Of a stretch of DNA of 64,000 nucleotides, positions 14,001 through 24,363 are shown piece by piece (the first letter of the stretch is position 1; each line of letters starts with the position of its first letter). The DNA comes from Escherichia coli (lineage in GTDB: Bacteria > Pseudomonadota > Gammaproteobacteria > Enterobacterales > Enterobacteriaceae): assembly GCF_036507355.1 (NCBI RefSeq), contig NZ_AP027877.1; one strand, given 5' to 3'. Position numbers and translations under genes: made by a program. Below the pieces are notes generated by a model. That model was not told the DNA's origin. It did no database searches and worked only from the letters and a program-made list of their open reading frames with translations.

Positions 14001-15302
14001 ATGCTAGTTGTAGAACTCATCATAGTTTTGCTGGCGATCTTCTTGGGCGCCAGATTGGGGGGAATAGGTATTGGTTTTGCAGGCGGATTGGGGGTGCTGG
14101 TTCTTGCCGCTATTGGCGTTAAACCCGGTAACATCCCGTTCGATGTCATTTCCATTATCATGGCGGTTATCGCCGCTATTTCTGCCATGCAGGTTGCTGG
14201 CGGTCTGGACTATCTGGTTCATCAGACAGAAAAGCTGCTGCGCCGTAACCCGAAATACATCACGATCCTCGCACCGATCGTGACCTATTTCCTGACAATC
14301 TTTGCTGGTACTGGCAACATCTCTCTGGCGACACTGCCAGTTATCGCTGAAGTTGCGAAGGAACAAGGCGTTAAACCTTGCCGTCCGCTGTCTACTGCAG
14401 TGGTATCCGCGCAGATTGCGATCACCGCATCGCCAATCTCAGCGGCAGTGGTTTACATGTCTTCCGTGATGGAAGGTCATGGCATCAGCTACCTCCATCT
14501 GCTCTCCGTGGTCATCCCGTCCACCCTGCTGGCGGTTCTGGTGATGTCCTTCCTGGTCACTATGCTGTTCAACTCCAAACTCTCTGACGATCCGATTTAT
14601 CGCAAGCGTCTGGAAGAGGGCCTGGTTGAACTGCGCGGTGAAAAGCAGATTGAAATCAAATCCGGTGCAAAAACGTCCGTCTGGCTGTTCCTGCTGGGCG
14701 TAGTTGGCGTGGTTATCTATGCAATCATCAACAGCCCAAGCATGGGTCTGGTTGAAAAACCGCTGATGAACACCACCAACGCAATCCTGATCATCATGCT
14801 CAGCGTTGCAACTCTGACCACCGTTATCTGTAAAGTCGATACCGACAACATCCTCAACTCCAGCACCTTCAAAGCAGGTATGAGCGCCTGTATTTGTATC
14901 CTGGGTGTTGCGTGGCTGGGCGATACTTTCGTTTCCAACAACATCGACTGGATCAAAGATACCGCTGGTGAAGTGATTCAGGGTCATCCGTGGCTGCTGG
15001 CCGTCATCTTCTTCTTTGCTTCTGCTCTGCTGTACTCTCAGGCTGCAACCGCAAAAGCACTGATGCCGATGGCTCTGGCACTGAACGTTTCTCCGCTGAC
15101 CGCTGTTGCTTCTTTCGCTGCGGTGTCTGGTCTGTTCATTCTGCCGACCTACCCGACGCTGGTTGCTGCGGTACAGATGGATGACACGGGTACTACCCGT
15201 ATCGGTAAATTCGTCTTCAACCATCCGTTCTTCATCCCGGGTACTCTGGGTGTTGCCCTGGCCGTTTGCTTCGGCTTCGTGCTGGGTAGCTTCATGCTGT
15301 AA
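14001..15302 (+). CDS. dcuA: Anaerobic C4-dicarboxylate transporter DcuA (433 aa)
   Basis: Track ORF 14001..15302; MLVVELIIVLLAIFLGARLGGIGIGFAGGLGVLVLAAIGV...; paralogous to dcuB (32031..33371) in this window. Confidence 0.95.
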   Translation: MLVVELIIVLLAIFLGARLGGIGIGFAGGLGVLVLAAIGVKPGNIPFDVISIIMAVIAAISAMQVAGGLDYLVHQTEKLLRRNPKYITILAPIVTYFLTIFAGTGNISLATLPVIAEVAKEQGVKPCRPLSTAVVSAQIAITASPISAAVVYMSSVMEGHGISYLHLLSVVIPSTLLAVLVMSFLVTMLFNSKLSDDPIYRKRLEEGLVELRGEKQIEIKSGAKTSVWLFLLGVVGVVIYAIINSPSMGLVEKPLMNTTNAILIIMLSVATLTTVICKVDTDNILNSSTFKAGMSACICILGVAWLGDTFVSNNIDWIKDTAGEVIQGHPWLLAVIFFFASALLYSQAATAKALMPMALALNVSPLTAVASFAAVSGLFILPTYPTLVAAVQMDDTGTTRIGKFVFNHPFFIPGTLGVALAVCFGFVLGSFML

Positions 15303-15417
15303 TGACCAATCGCGGGGCGTTCACGCCCCGCTTTCTTTCCCGCCGACTAACATCCTTCCCCCGTCCGTTGTATAGTGACCTCTCTCTTGCGGTTCCATCT
15401 GTTCTTGCGAGGTGTTT

Positions 15418-15756
15418 ATGCTTGATGAAAAAAGTTCGAATACCGCGTCTGTCGTGGTGCTATGTACCGCACCGGATGAAGCGACAGCCCAGGATTTAGC
15501 CGCCAAAGTGCTGGCGGAAAAACTGGCGGCCTGCGCGACCTTGATCCCCGGCGCTACCTCTCTCTATTACTGGGAAGGTAAGCTGGAGCAAGAATACGAA
15601 GTGCAGATGATTTTAAAAACTACCGTATCTCACCAGCAGGCACTGCTGGAATGCCTGAAGTCTCATCATCCATATCAAACCCCGGAACTTCTGGTTTTAC
15701 CTGTTACACACGGAGACACAGATTACCTCTCATGGCTCAACGCATCTTTACGCTGA
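15418..15756 (+). CDS. cutA: Divalent-cation tolerance protein CutA (112 aa)
   Basis: Within track ORF 15412..15756; start ATG 15418 ([57 protein letters not shown]...). Confidence 0.9.
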
Positions 15757-17429
15757 TCCTGCTACTTTGCAGCACTTCCGTTTTTGCCGGATTATTCGAC
15801 GCGCCGGGACGTTCACAATTTGTCCCCGCGGATCAAGCCTTTACTTTTGATTTTCAGCAAAACCAACATGACCTTAATCTGACCTGGCAGATCAAAGACG
15901 GTTACTACCTCTACCGTAAACAGATCCGCATTACGCCGGAACACGCGAAAATTGCCGACGTGCAGCTTCCGCAAGGCGTCTGGCATGAAGATGAGTTTTA
16001 CGGCAAAAGCGAGATTTACCGCGATCGGCTGACGCTTCCCGTAACCATCAACCAGGCGAGTGCGGGAGCGACGTTAACTGTCACCTACCAGGGCTGTGCT
16101 GATGCCGGTTTCTGTTATCCGCCAGAAACCAAAACCGTTCCGTTAAGCGAAGTGGTCGCCAACAACGCAGCGTCACAGCCTGTGTCTGTTTCGCAGCAAG
16201 AGCAGCACACCGCGCAATTGCCCTTTTCCGCGCTCTGGGCGTTGTTGATCGGTATTGGTATCGCCTTTACGCCATGCGTGCTGCCAATGTACCCACTGAT
16301 TTCTGGCATCGTGCTGGGTGGTAAACAGCGGCTCTCCACTGCCAGAGCATTGTTGCTGACCTTTATTTATGTGCAGGGGATGGCACTGACTTACACGGCG
16401 CTGGGTCTGGTAGTTGCCGCCGCAGGGTTACAGTTCCAGGCGGCGCTACAGCACCCATACGTGCTCATTGGCCTCGCCATCGTCTTTACCTTGCTGGCGA
16501 TGTCAATGTTTGGCTTGTTTACTCTACAACTCCCCTCCTCGCTGCAAACGCGCCTCACGCTGATGAGCAATCGCCAACAGGGCGGCTCACCCGGCGGAGT
16601 GTTTATTATGGGGGCGATTGCCGGACTGATCTGTTCACCATGCACCACCGCACCGCTTAGCGCGATTCTGCTGTATATCGCCCAAAGCGGGAACATGTGG
16701 CTGGGCGGCGGCACGCTTTATCTCTATGCGTTGGGCATGGGCCTGCCGCTGATGCTAATTACCGTCTTTGGTAACCGCTTGCTGCCGAAAAGCGGCCCGT
16801 GGATGGAACAAGTCAAAACCGCGTTTGGTTTTGTGATCCTCGCACTGCCGGTCTTCCTGCTGGAGCGAGTGATTGGTGATATATGGGGATTACGCTTGTG
16901 GTCGGCGCTGGGTGTCGCATTCTTTGGCTGGGCCTTTATCACCAGCCTACAGACCAAACGCGGCTGGATGCGCGTGGTGCAAATAATCCTGCTGGCAGCG
17001 GCATTGGTTAGCGTGCGCCCACTTCAGGATTGGGCATTTGGTGCGACGCATACCGCGCAAACTCAGACGCATCTCAACTTTACACAAATCAAAACGGTAG
17101 ATGAGTTAAATCAGGCGCTCGTTGAAGCCAAAGGCAAACCGGTGATATTAGATCTTTATGCCGACTGGTGCGTCGCCTGTAAAGAGTTTGAGAAATACAC
17201 CTTCAGCGACCCGCAGGTGCAAAAAGCGTTAGCAGACACGGTCTTACTTCAGGCCAACGTCACGGCCAACGACGCACAAGATGTGGCGCTGTTAAAGCAT
17301 CTTAATGTCCTTGGCCTACCGACAATTCTCTTTTTTGACGGACAAGGCCAGGAGCATCCACAAGCACGCGTCACGGGCTTTATGGATGCTGAAACCTTCA
17401 GCGCACATTTGCGCGATCGCCAACCGTGA
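15732..17429 (+). CDS. dsbD: Thiol:disulfide interchange protein DsbD (565 aa)
   Basis: Within track ORF 15651..17429; start ATG 15732 ([20 protein letters not shown]...); C-terminal thioredoxin-like CVAC motif; overlaps the 3' end of cutA. Confidence 0.95.
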
Positions 17430-17465
17430 ACGACACTTGCAGTGGGAAAGACGGAGGAAAATAGC

Positions 17466-18041
17466 GTGCAACGTGAAGATGTACTGGGAGAAGCCCTGAA
17501 ATTATTAGAATTACAAGGGATTGCCAACACCACGCTGGAGATGGTTGCTGAACGTGTGGATTATCCACTGGACGAGCTGCGCCGCTTCTGGCCAGACAAA
17601 GAGGCAATACTCTACGATGCGCTGCGTTATCTTAGCCAACAGATAGATGTCTGGCGTCGTCAGCTGATGCTGGACGAAACGCAAACCGCCGAACAAAAGC
17701 TGCTGGCACGTTATCAGGCGTTATCGGAGTGCGTTAAAAACAACCGCTATCCGGGCTGTCTATTTATCGCTGCCTGTACGTTTTATCCCGATCCTGGCCA
17801 CCCTATTCATCAACTGGCCGATCAGCAAAAAAGCGCGGCCTACGATTTCACCCACGAACTGTTAACCACGCTGGAAGTTGACGATCCAGCGATGGTAGCA
17901 AAGCAGATGGAACTGGTGCTGGAAGGCTGTTTAAGCCGAATGCTGGTGAATCGTAGCCAGGCGGATGTCGACACCGCACATCGGCTGGCGGAAGATATCC
18001 TGCGCTTCGCCCGCTGCCGCCAGGGTGGTGCACTGACCTGA
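17466..18041 (+). CDS. yjdC: TetR-family putative regulator YjdC (about 191 aa; start uncertain, possibly GTG 17466 or the upstream in-frame start at 17442)
   Basis: Track ORF 17442..18041; N-terminal region resembles a TetR-type HTH domain; start choice is an inference. Confidence 0.8.
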
Positions 18042-18108
18042 CAGAAACACAGAAAAGAAGCGATTTGCCGCAATCTTAAGCAGTTGAATCGCTTTTACTG
18101 AAATTAGG

Positions 18109-18137
18109 TTGACGAGATGTGCAGATTACGGTTTAAT
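18109..18137 (+). promoter_or_regulatory. pheU tRNA promoter (-35 TTGACG, 17-bp spacer, -10 TTTAAT, GC-rich discriminator)
   Basis: TTGACG at 18109-18114 and TTTAAT at 18132-18137 followed by GCGCCCCG just before the tRNA 5' end. Confidence 0.55.
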
Positions 18138-18147
18138 GCGCCCCGTT

Positions 18148-18223
18148 GCCCGGATAGCTCAGTCGGTAGAGCAGGGGATTGAAAATCCCCGTGTCCTTGG
18201 TTCGATTCCGAGTCCGGGCACCA
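18148..18223 (+). tRNA. pheU: tRNA-Phe (anticodon GAA), 76 nt with encoded CCA
   Basis: GCCCGGATAGCTCAGTCGGTAGAGCAGGGGATTGAAAATCCCCGTGTCCTTGGTTCGATTCCGAGTCCGGGCACCA; acceptor stem GCCCGGA/TCCGGGC, anticodon loop ATTGAAAAT, T-loop GGTTCGATTCC. Confidence 0.97.
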
Positions 18224-18230
18224 AATTCAT

Positions 18231-18262
18231 ATAAACGGACCTCCACGGAGGTCCGTTTTTCG
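18231..18262 (+). terminator. Rho-independent terminator after pheU
   Basis: AAACGGACCTCCACGGAGGTCCGTTTTTCG hairpin plus T-run directly downstream of the tRNA. Confidence 0.75.
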
Positions 18263-18839
18263 TTTCTGGACGCCACAATTTAAGTGTTCTGCCTTCAAAT
18301 CAATTCTACCGAACTCAACCCGATTCTCCCCACATCACCAGCAATTTGCGGGCATATCCCAATTCGGGAAAATTTGTTTCTGAGCTATAGCACTGACTGA
18401 CGTGAAATGTCGTGCGGCCCCGTGATGCTGTTGAACGTCAAATGACGTCATCAGGAGCGTAACGCATCCATAAAGCACAACATCAGTCTGAACGCCGACT
18501 GATGAGATTTTCTGAATGAGAACAAAGAGAAATGTATCGGTCCACTTGCTCATGCAAAGACTAACAATCCATTAAAATAGTAAGCGCTCTGGACAATTTT
18601 CCATGGATTATTTTCTGAACATTTTTCTTTGGCAAAGATGATGAATTTTGATGATAAGGAATATTACTTCTGGTTCTCAGTAAAATCCTTTCGTAATACC
18701 ATGTAATCAAGAAGTTTATGGCTGGTAAAAATAACGTCTTGCATTCACCAATAATATGTAAATAAACCCATCTATAGATGGTAAAAATAGGTTGTGGCAA
18801 TTATCATTGCATCATTCCCTTTTCGAATGAGTTTCTATT

Positions 18840-20378
18840 ATGCAACAACCTGTAGTTCGCGTTGGCGAATGGCTTGTTACTCCGTCCATAAACCAAATTA
18901 GCCGCAATGGGCGTCAACTTACCCTTGAGCCGAGATTAATCGATCTTCTGGTTTTCTTTGCTCAACACAGTGGCGAAGTACTTAGCAGGGATGAACTTAT
19001 CGATAATGTCTGGAAGAGAAGTATTGTCACCAATCACGTTGTGACGCAGAGTATCTCAGAACTACGTAAGTCATTAAAAGATAATGATGAAGATAGTCCT
19101 GTCTATATCGCTACTGTACCAAAGCGCGGCTATAAATTAATGGTGCCGGTTATCTGGCACAGCGAAGAAGAGGGAGAGGAAATAATGCTATCTTCGCCTC
19201 CCCCTATACCAGAGGCGGTTCCTGCCACAGATTCTCCCTCCCACAGTCTTAACATTCAAAACACCGCAACGCCACCTGAACAATCCCCAGTTAAAAGCAA
19301 ACGATTCACTACCTTTTGGGTATGGTTTTTTTTCCTGTTGTCCTTAGGTATCTGTGTAGCACTGGTAGCGTTTTCAAGTCTTGATACACGTCTTCCGATG
19401 AGCAAATCGCGTATTTTGCTCAATCCACGCGATATTGACATTAATATGGTAAATAAAAGTTGTAACAGCTGGAGTTCCCCGTATCAGCTCTCTTACGCGA
19501 TAGGCGTGGGTGATTTGGTGGCGACATCACTTAACACCTTCTCCACCTTTATGGTGCATGACAAAATCAACTACAACATTGATGAACCGAGCAGTTCCGG
19601 TAAAACATTATCTATTGCGTTTGTTAATCAGCGCCAATACCGTGCTCAACAATGCTTTATGTCGATAAAATTGGTAGACAATGCAGATGGTTCAACCATG
19701 CTGGATAAACGTTATGTCATCACTAACGGTAATCAGCTGGCGATTCAAAATGATTTACTGGAGAGTTTATCAAAAGCGTTAAACCAACCGTGGCCACAAC
19801 GAATGCAGGAGACGCTCCAGCAAATTTTGCCTCATCGTGGTGCGTTATTAACTAATTTTTATCAGGCACATGATTATTTACTGCATGGCGATGATAAATC
19901 ATTGAACCGTGCCAGTGAATTATTAGGTGAGATTGTTCAATCATCTCCAGAATTTACCTACGCGAGAGCAGAAAAAGCATTAGTTGATATCGTGCGCCAT
20001 TCTCAACATCCTTTAGATGAAAAACAATTAGCAGCACTGAACACAGAAATAGATAACATTGTTACACTACCGGAATTGAATAACTTGTCCATTATATATC
20101 AAATAAAAGCGGTCAGTGCTCTGGTAAAAGGTAAAACAGATGAGTCTTACCAGGCGATAAATACTGGCATTGATCTTGAAATGTCCTGGCTAAATTATGT
20201 ATTGCTTGGCAAGGTTTATGAAATGAAGGGGATGAACCGGGAAGCGGCTGATGCATATCTCACCGCCTTTAATTTACGCCCAGGGGCAAACACCCTTTAC
20301 TGGATTGAAAATGGTATATTCCAGACTTCTGTTCCTTATGTTGTACCTTATCTCGACAAATTTCTCGCTTCAGAATAA
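18840..20378 (+). CDS. cadC: ToxR-like membrane-integrated transcriptional activator CadC (512 aa)
   Basis: Track ORF 18840..20378; N-terminal winged-helix DNA-binding domain, single TM segment (FWVWFFFLLSLGICVALVAF), periplasmic sensor domain. Confidence 0.97.
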   Translation: MQQPVVRVGEWLVTPSINQISRNGRQLTLEPRLIDLLVFFAQHSGEVLSRDELIDNVWKRSIVTNHVVTQSISELRKSLKDNDEDSPVYIATVPKRGYKLMVPVIWHSEEEGEEIMLSSPPPIPEAVPATDSPSHSLNIQNTATPPEQSPVKSKRFTTFWVWFFFLLSLGICVALVAFSSLDTRLPMSKSRILLNPRDIDINMVNKSCNSWSSPYQLSYAIGVGDLVATSLNTFSTFMVHDKINYNIDEPSSSGKTLSIAFVNQRQYRAQQCFMSIKLVDNADGSTMLDKRYVITNGNQLAIQNDLLESLSKALNQPWPQRMQETLQQILPHRGALLTNFYQAHDYLLHGDDKSLNRASELLGEIVQSSPEFTYARAEKALVDIVRHSQHPLDEKQLAALNTEIDNIVTLPELNNLSIIYQIKAVSALVKGKTDESYQAINTGIDLEMSWLNYVLLGKVYEMKGMNREAADAYLTAFNLRPGANTLYWIENGIFQTSVPYVVPYLDKFLASE

Positions 20379-20743
20379 GTAACCCCCGGGTTGATTCATG
20401 CTCGGGAATATTTGTTGTTGAGTTTTTGTATGTTCCTGTTGGTGTAATATGTTGCGGCAATTTATTTGCCGCATAATTTTTATTACATAAATTTAACCAG
20501 AAGACGTCACGCAATCTATTGTAAACATTGAATGTTTATCTTTTCATGATATCAACTTGCGATCCTGATGTGTTAATAAAAAACCTCAAGTTCTCACTTA
20601 CAGAAACTTTTGTGTTATTTCACCTAATCTTTAGGATTAATCCTTTTTTCGTGAGTAATCTTATCGCCAGTTTGGTCTGGTCAGGAAATAGTTATACATC
20701 ATGACCCGGACTCCAAATTCAAAAATGAAATTAGGAGAAGAGC
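20379..20743 (+). promoter_or_regulatory. cadBA promoter region (Pcad) with expected CadC-binding sites
   Basis: AT-rich 365-bp intergenic region between cadC and cadB; individual operator boundaries not resolved by eye. Confidence 0.45.
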
Positions 20744-22078
20744 ATGAGTTCTGCCAAGAAGATCGGGCTATTTGCCTGTACCGGTGTTGTTGCCGGTAAT
20801 ATGATGGGGAGCGGTATTGCATTATTACCTGCGAACCTAGCAAGTATCGGTGGTATTGCTATCTGGGGTTGGATTATCTCTATTATTGGTGCAATGTCGC
20901 TGGCGTATGTATATGCCCGACTGGCAACAAAAAACCCGCAACAAGGTGGCCCAATTGCTTATGCCGGAGAAATTTCTCCTGCATTTGGTTTTCAGACAGG
21001 TGTTCTTTATTACCATGCTAACTGGATTGGTAACCTGGCGATTGGTATTACCGCTGTATCTTATCTTTCCACCTTCTTCCCAGTATTAAATGATCCTGTT
21101 CCGGCGGGTATCGCCTGTATTGCTATCGTCTGGGTATTTACCTTTGTAAATATGCTCGGCGGTACCTGGGTAAGCCGTTTAACCACTATTGGTCTGGTGC
21201 TGGTTCTTATTCCTGTGGTGATGACTGCTATTGTTGGCTGGCATTGGTTTGATGCGGCAACTTATGCAGCTAACTGGAATACTGCGGATACCACTGATGG
21301 TCATGCGATCATTAAAAGTATTCTGCTCTGCCTGTGGGCCTTCGTGGGTGTTGAATCCGCAGCTGTAAGTACTGGTATGGTTAAAAACCCGAAACGTACC
21401 GTTCCGCTGGCAACCATGCTGGGTACTGGTTTAGCAGGTATTGTTTACATCGCTGCGACTCAGGTGCTTTCCGGTATGTATCCGTCTTCTGTAATGGCGG
21501 CCTCCGGTGCTCCGTTTGCAATCAGTGCTTCAACTATCCTCGGTAACTGGGCTGCGCCGCTGGTTTCTGCATTCACCGCCTTTGCGTGCCTGACTTCTCT
21601 GGGCTCCTGGATGATGTTGGTAGGCCAGGCAGGTGTACGTGCCGCTAACGACGGTAACTTCCCGAAAGTTTATGGTGAAGTCGACAGCAACGGTATTCCG
21701 AAAAAAGGTCTGCTGCTGGCTGCAGTGAAAATGACTGCCCTGATGATCCTCATCACTCTGATGAACTCTGCCGGTGGTAAAGCATCTGACCTGTTCGGTG
21801 AACTGACCGGTATCGCAGTACTGCTGACTATGCTGCCGTACTTCTACTCTTGCGTTGACCTGATTCGTTTTGAAGGCGTTAACATCCGCAACTTTGTCAG
21901 CCTGATCTGCTCTGTACTGGGTTGCGTGTTCTGCTTCATCGCGCTGATGGGCGCAAGCTCCTTCGAGCTGGCAGGTACCTTCATCGTCAGCCTGATTATC
22001 CTGATGTTCTACGCTCGCAAAATGCACGAGCGCCAGAGCCACTCAATGGATAACCACACCGCGTCTAACGCACATTAA
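20744..22078 (+). CDS. cadB: Lysine:cadaverine antiporter CadB (444 aa)
   Basis: Track ORF 20744..22078; APC-family transporter, paralogous to adiC (43744..45081). Confidence 0.97.
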   Translation: MSSAKKIGLFACTGVVAGNMMGSGIALLPANLASIGGIAIWGWIISIIGAMSLAYVYARLATKNPQQGGPIAYAGEISPAFGFQTGVLYYHANWIGNLAIGITAVSYLSTFFPVLNDPVPAGIACIAIVWVFTFVNMLGGTWVSRLTTIGLVLVLIPVVMTAIVGWHWFDAATYAANWNTADTTDGHAIIKSILLCLWAFVGVESAAVSTGMVKNPKRTVPLATMLGTGLAGIVYIAATQVLSGMYPSSVMAASGAPFAISASTILGNWAAPLVSAFTAFACLTSLGSWMMLVGQAGVRAANDGNFPKVYGEVDSNGIPKKGLLLAAVKMTALMILITLMNSAGGKASDLFGELTGIAVLLTMLPYFYSCVDLIRFEGVNIRNFVSLICSVLGCVFCFIALMGASSFELAGTFIVSLIILMFYARKMHERQSHSMDNHTASNAH

Positions 22079-22157
22079 TTAAAAGTATTTTCCGAGGCTC
22101 CTCCTTTCATTTTGTCCCATGTGTTGGGAGGGGCCTTTTTTACCTGGAGATATGACT

Positions 22158-24305
22158 ATGAACGTTATTGCAATATTGAATCACATGGGGGTTTATTTTA
22201 AAGAAGAACCCATCCGTGAACTTCATCGCGCGCTTGAACGTCTGAACTTCCAGATTGTTTACCCGAACGACCGTGACGACTTATTAAAACTGATCGAAAA
22301 CAATGCGCGTCTGTGCGGCGTTATTTTTGACTGGGATAAATATAATCTCGAGCTGTGCGAAGAAATTAGCAAAATGAACGAGAACCTGCCGTTGTACGCG
22401 TTCGCTAATACGTATTCCACTCTCGATGTAAGCCTGAATGACCTGCGTTTACAGATTAGCTTCTTTGAATATGCGCTGGGTGCTGCTGAAGATATTGCTA
22501 ACAAGATCAAGCAGACCACTGACGAATATATCAACACTATTCTGCCTCCGCTGACTAAAGCACTGTTTAAATATGTTCGTGAAGGTAAATATACTTTCTG
22601 TACTCCTGGTCACATGGGCGGTACTGCATTCCAGAAAAGCCCGGTAGGTAGCCTGTTCTATGATTTCTTTGGTCCGAATACCATGAAATCTGATATTTCC
22701 ATTTCAGTATCTGAACTGGGTTCTCTGCTGGATCACAGTGGTCCACACAAAGAAGCAGAACAGTATATCGCTCGCGTCTTTAACGCAGACCGCAGCTACA
22801 TGGTGACCAACGGTACTTCCACTGCGAACAAAATTGTTGGTATGTACTCTGCTCCGGCAGGCAGCACCATTCTGATTGACCGTAACTGCCACAAATCGCT
22901 GACCCACCTGATGATGATGAGCGATGTTACGCCAATCTATTTCCGCCCGACCCGTAACGCTTACGGTATTCTTGGTGGTATTCCACAGAGTGAATTCCAG
23001 CACGCTACCATTGCTAAGCGCGTGAAAGAAACACCAAACGCAACCTGGCCGGTACATGCTGTAATTACTAACTCTACCTATGATGGTCTGCTGTACAACA
23101 CCGACTTCATCAAGAAAACACTGGATGTGAAATCCATCCACTTTGACTCCGCGTGGGTGCCTTACACCAACTTCTCACCGATTTACGAAGGTAAATGCGG
23201 TATGAGCGGTGGCCGTGTAGAAGGGAAAGTGATTTACGAAACCCAGTCCACTCACAAACTGCTGGCGGCGTTCTCTCAGGCTTCCATGATCCACGTTAAA
23301 GGTGACGTAAACGAAGAAACCTTTAACGAAGCCTACATGATGCACACCACCACTTCTCCGCACTACGGTATCGTGGCGTCCACTGAAACCGCTGCAGCGA
23401 TGATGAAAGGTAATGCTGGTAAGCGTCTGATCAACGGTTCCATTGAACGTGCGATCAAATTCCGTAAAGAGATCAAACGTTTGAGAACGGAATCTGATGG
23501 CTGGTTCTTTGATGTATGGCAGCCGGATCATATCGATACGACTGAATGCTGGCCGCTGCGTTCTGACAGCACCTGGCACGGCTTCAAAAACATCGATAAC
23601 GAGCACATGTATCTTGACCCGATCAAAGTCACCCTGCTGACTCCGGGGATGGAAAAAGACGGCACCATGAGCGACTTTGGTATTCCGGCCAGCATCGTGG
23701 CGAAATACCTCGACGAACATGGCATCGTTGTTGAGAAAACCGGTCCGTATAACCTGCTGTTCCTGTTCAGCATCGGTATCGATAAGACCAAAGCACTGAG
23801 CCTGCTGCGTGCTCTGACTGACTTCAAACGTGCGTTCGACCTGAACCTGCGTGTGAAAAACATGCTGCCGTCTCTGTATCGTGAAGATCCTGAATTCTAT
23901 GAAAACATGCGTATTCAGGAACTGGCTCAGAATATCCACAAACTGATTGTTCACCACAATCTGCCGGATCTGATGTATCGCGCATTTGAAGTGCTGCCGA
24001 CGATGGTAATGACTCCGTATGCTGCGTTCCAGAAAGAGCTGCACGGTATGACCGAAGAAGTTTACCTCGACGAAATGGTAGGTCGTATTAACGCCAATAT
24101 GATCCTTCCATATCCGCCGGGAGTTCCTCTGGTAATGCCGGGTGAAATGATCACCGAAGAAAGCCGTCCGGTTCTGGAGTTCCTGCAGATGCTGTGTGAA
24201 ATCGGCGCTCACTATCCGGGCTTTGAAACCGATATTCACGGTGCATACCGTCAGGCTGATGGCCGCTATACCGTTAAGGTATTGAAAGAAGAAAGCAAAA
24301 AATAA
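22158..24305 (+). CDS. cadA: Inducible lysine decarboxylase CadA (715 aa)
   Basis: Within track ORF 22119..24305; start ATG 22158 (MNVIAILNHMGVYFKEEPIRELHRALERLNFQIVYPNDRDDLLKLIENN...); PLP-fold decarboxylase. Confidence 0.97.
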   Translation: MNVIAILNHMGVYFKEEPIRELHRALERLNFQIVYPNDRDDLLKLIENNARLCGVIFDWDKYNLELCEEISKMNENLPLYAFANTYSTLDVSLNDLRLQISFFEYALGAAEDIANKIKQTTDEYINTILPPLTKALFKYVREGKYTFCTPGHMGGTAFQKSPVGSLFYDFFGPNTMKSDISISVSELGSLLDHSGPHKEAEQYIARVFNADRSYMVTNGTSTANKIVGMYSAPAGSTILIDRNCHKSLTHLMMMSDVTPIYFRPTRNAYGILGGIPQSEFQHATIAKRVKETPNATWPVHAVITNSTYDGLLYNTDFIKKTLDVKSIHFDSAWVPYTNFSPIYEGKCGMSGGRVEGKVIYETQSTHKLLAAFSQASMIHVKGDVNEETFNEAYMMHTTTSPHYGIVASTETAAAMMKGNAGKRLINGSIERAIKFRKEIKRLRTESDGWFFDVWQPDHIDTTECWPLRSDSTWHGFKNIDNEHMYLDPIKVTLLTPGMEKDGTMSDFGIPASIVAKYLDEHGIVVEKTGPYNLLFLFSIGIDKTKALSLLRALTDFKRAFDLNLRVKNMLPSLYREDPEFYENMRIQELAQNIHKLIVHHNLPDLMYRAFEVLPTMVMTPYAAFQKELHGMTEEVYLDEMVGRINANMILPYPPGVPLVMPGEMITEESRPVLEFLQMLCEIGAHYPGFETDIHGAYRQADGRYTVKVLKEESKK

Positions 24306-24316
24306 TTAGCTCGTAC

Positions 24317-24347
24317 AAGGGAAGTGGCTTGCCACTTCCCTTTTTTG
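24317..24347 (+). terminator. Rho-independent terminator after cadA
   Basis: GGGAAGTGGCTTGCCACTTCCC hairpin followed by TTTTTTG. Confidence 0.7.
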
Positions 24348-24363
24348 CTCATAAGGAGAACAC

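Noticed and set aside
18335-18800. Two short minus-strand ORFs (18335..18553, 18561..18800) between pheU and cadC, considered as possible integrase or island remnants at the tRNA attachment site.
   Set aside because: They are AT-rich with no recognisable integrase motifs or RBS. The pheU-cadC spacer length is what I expect for the island-free backbone. More likely non-coding cadC upstream regulatory DNA.
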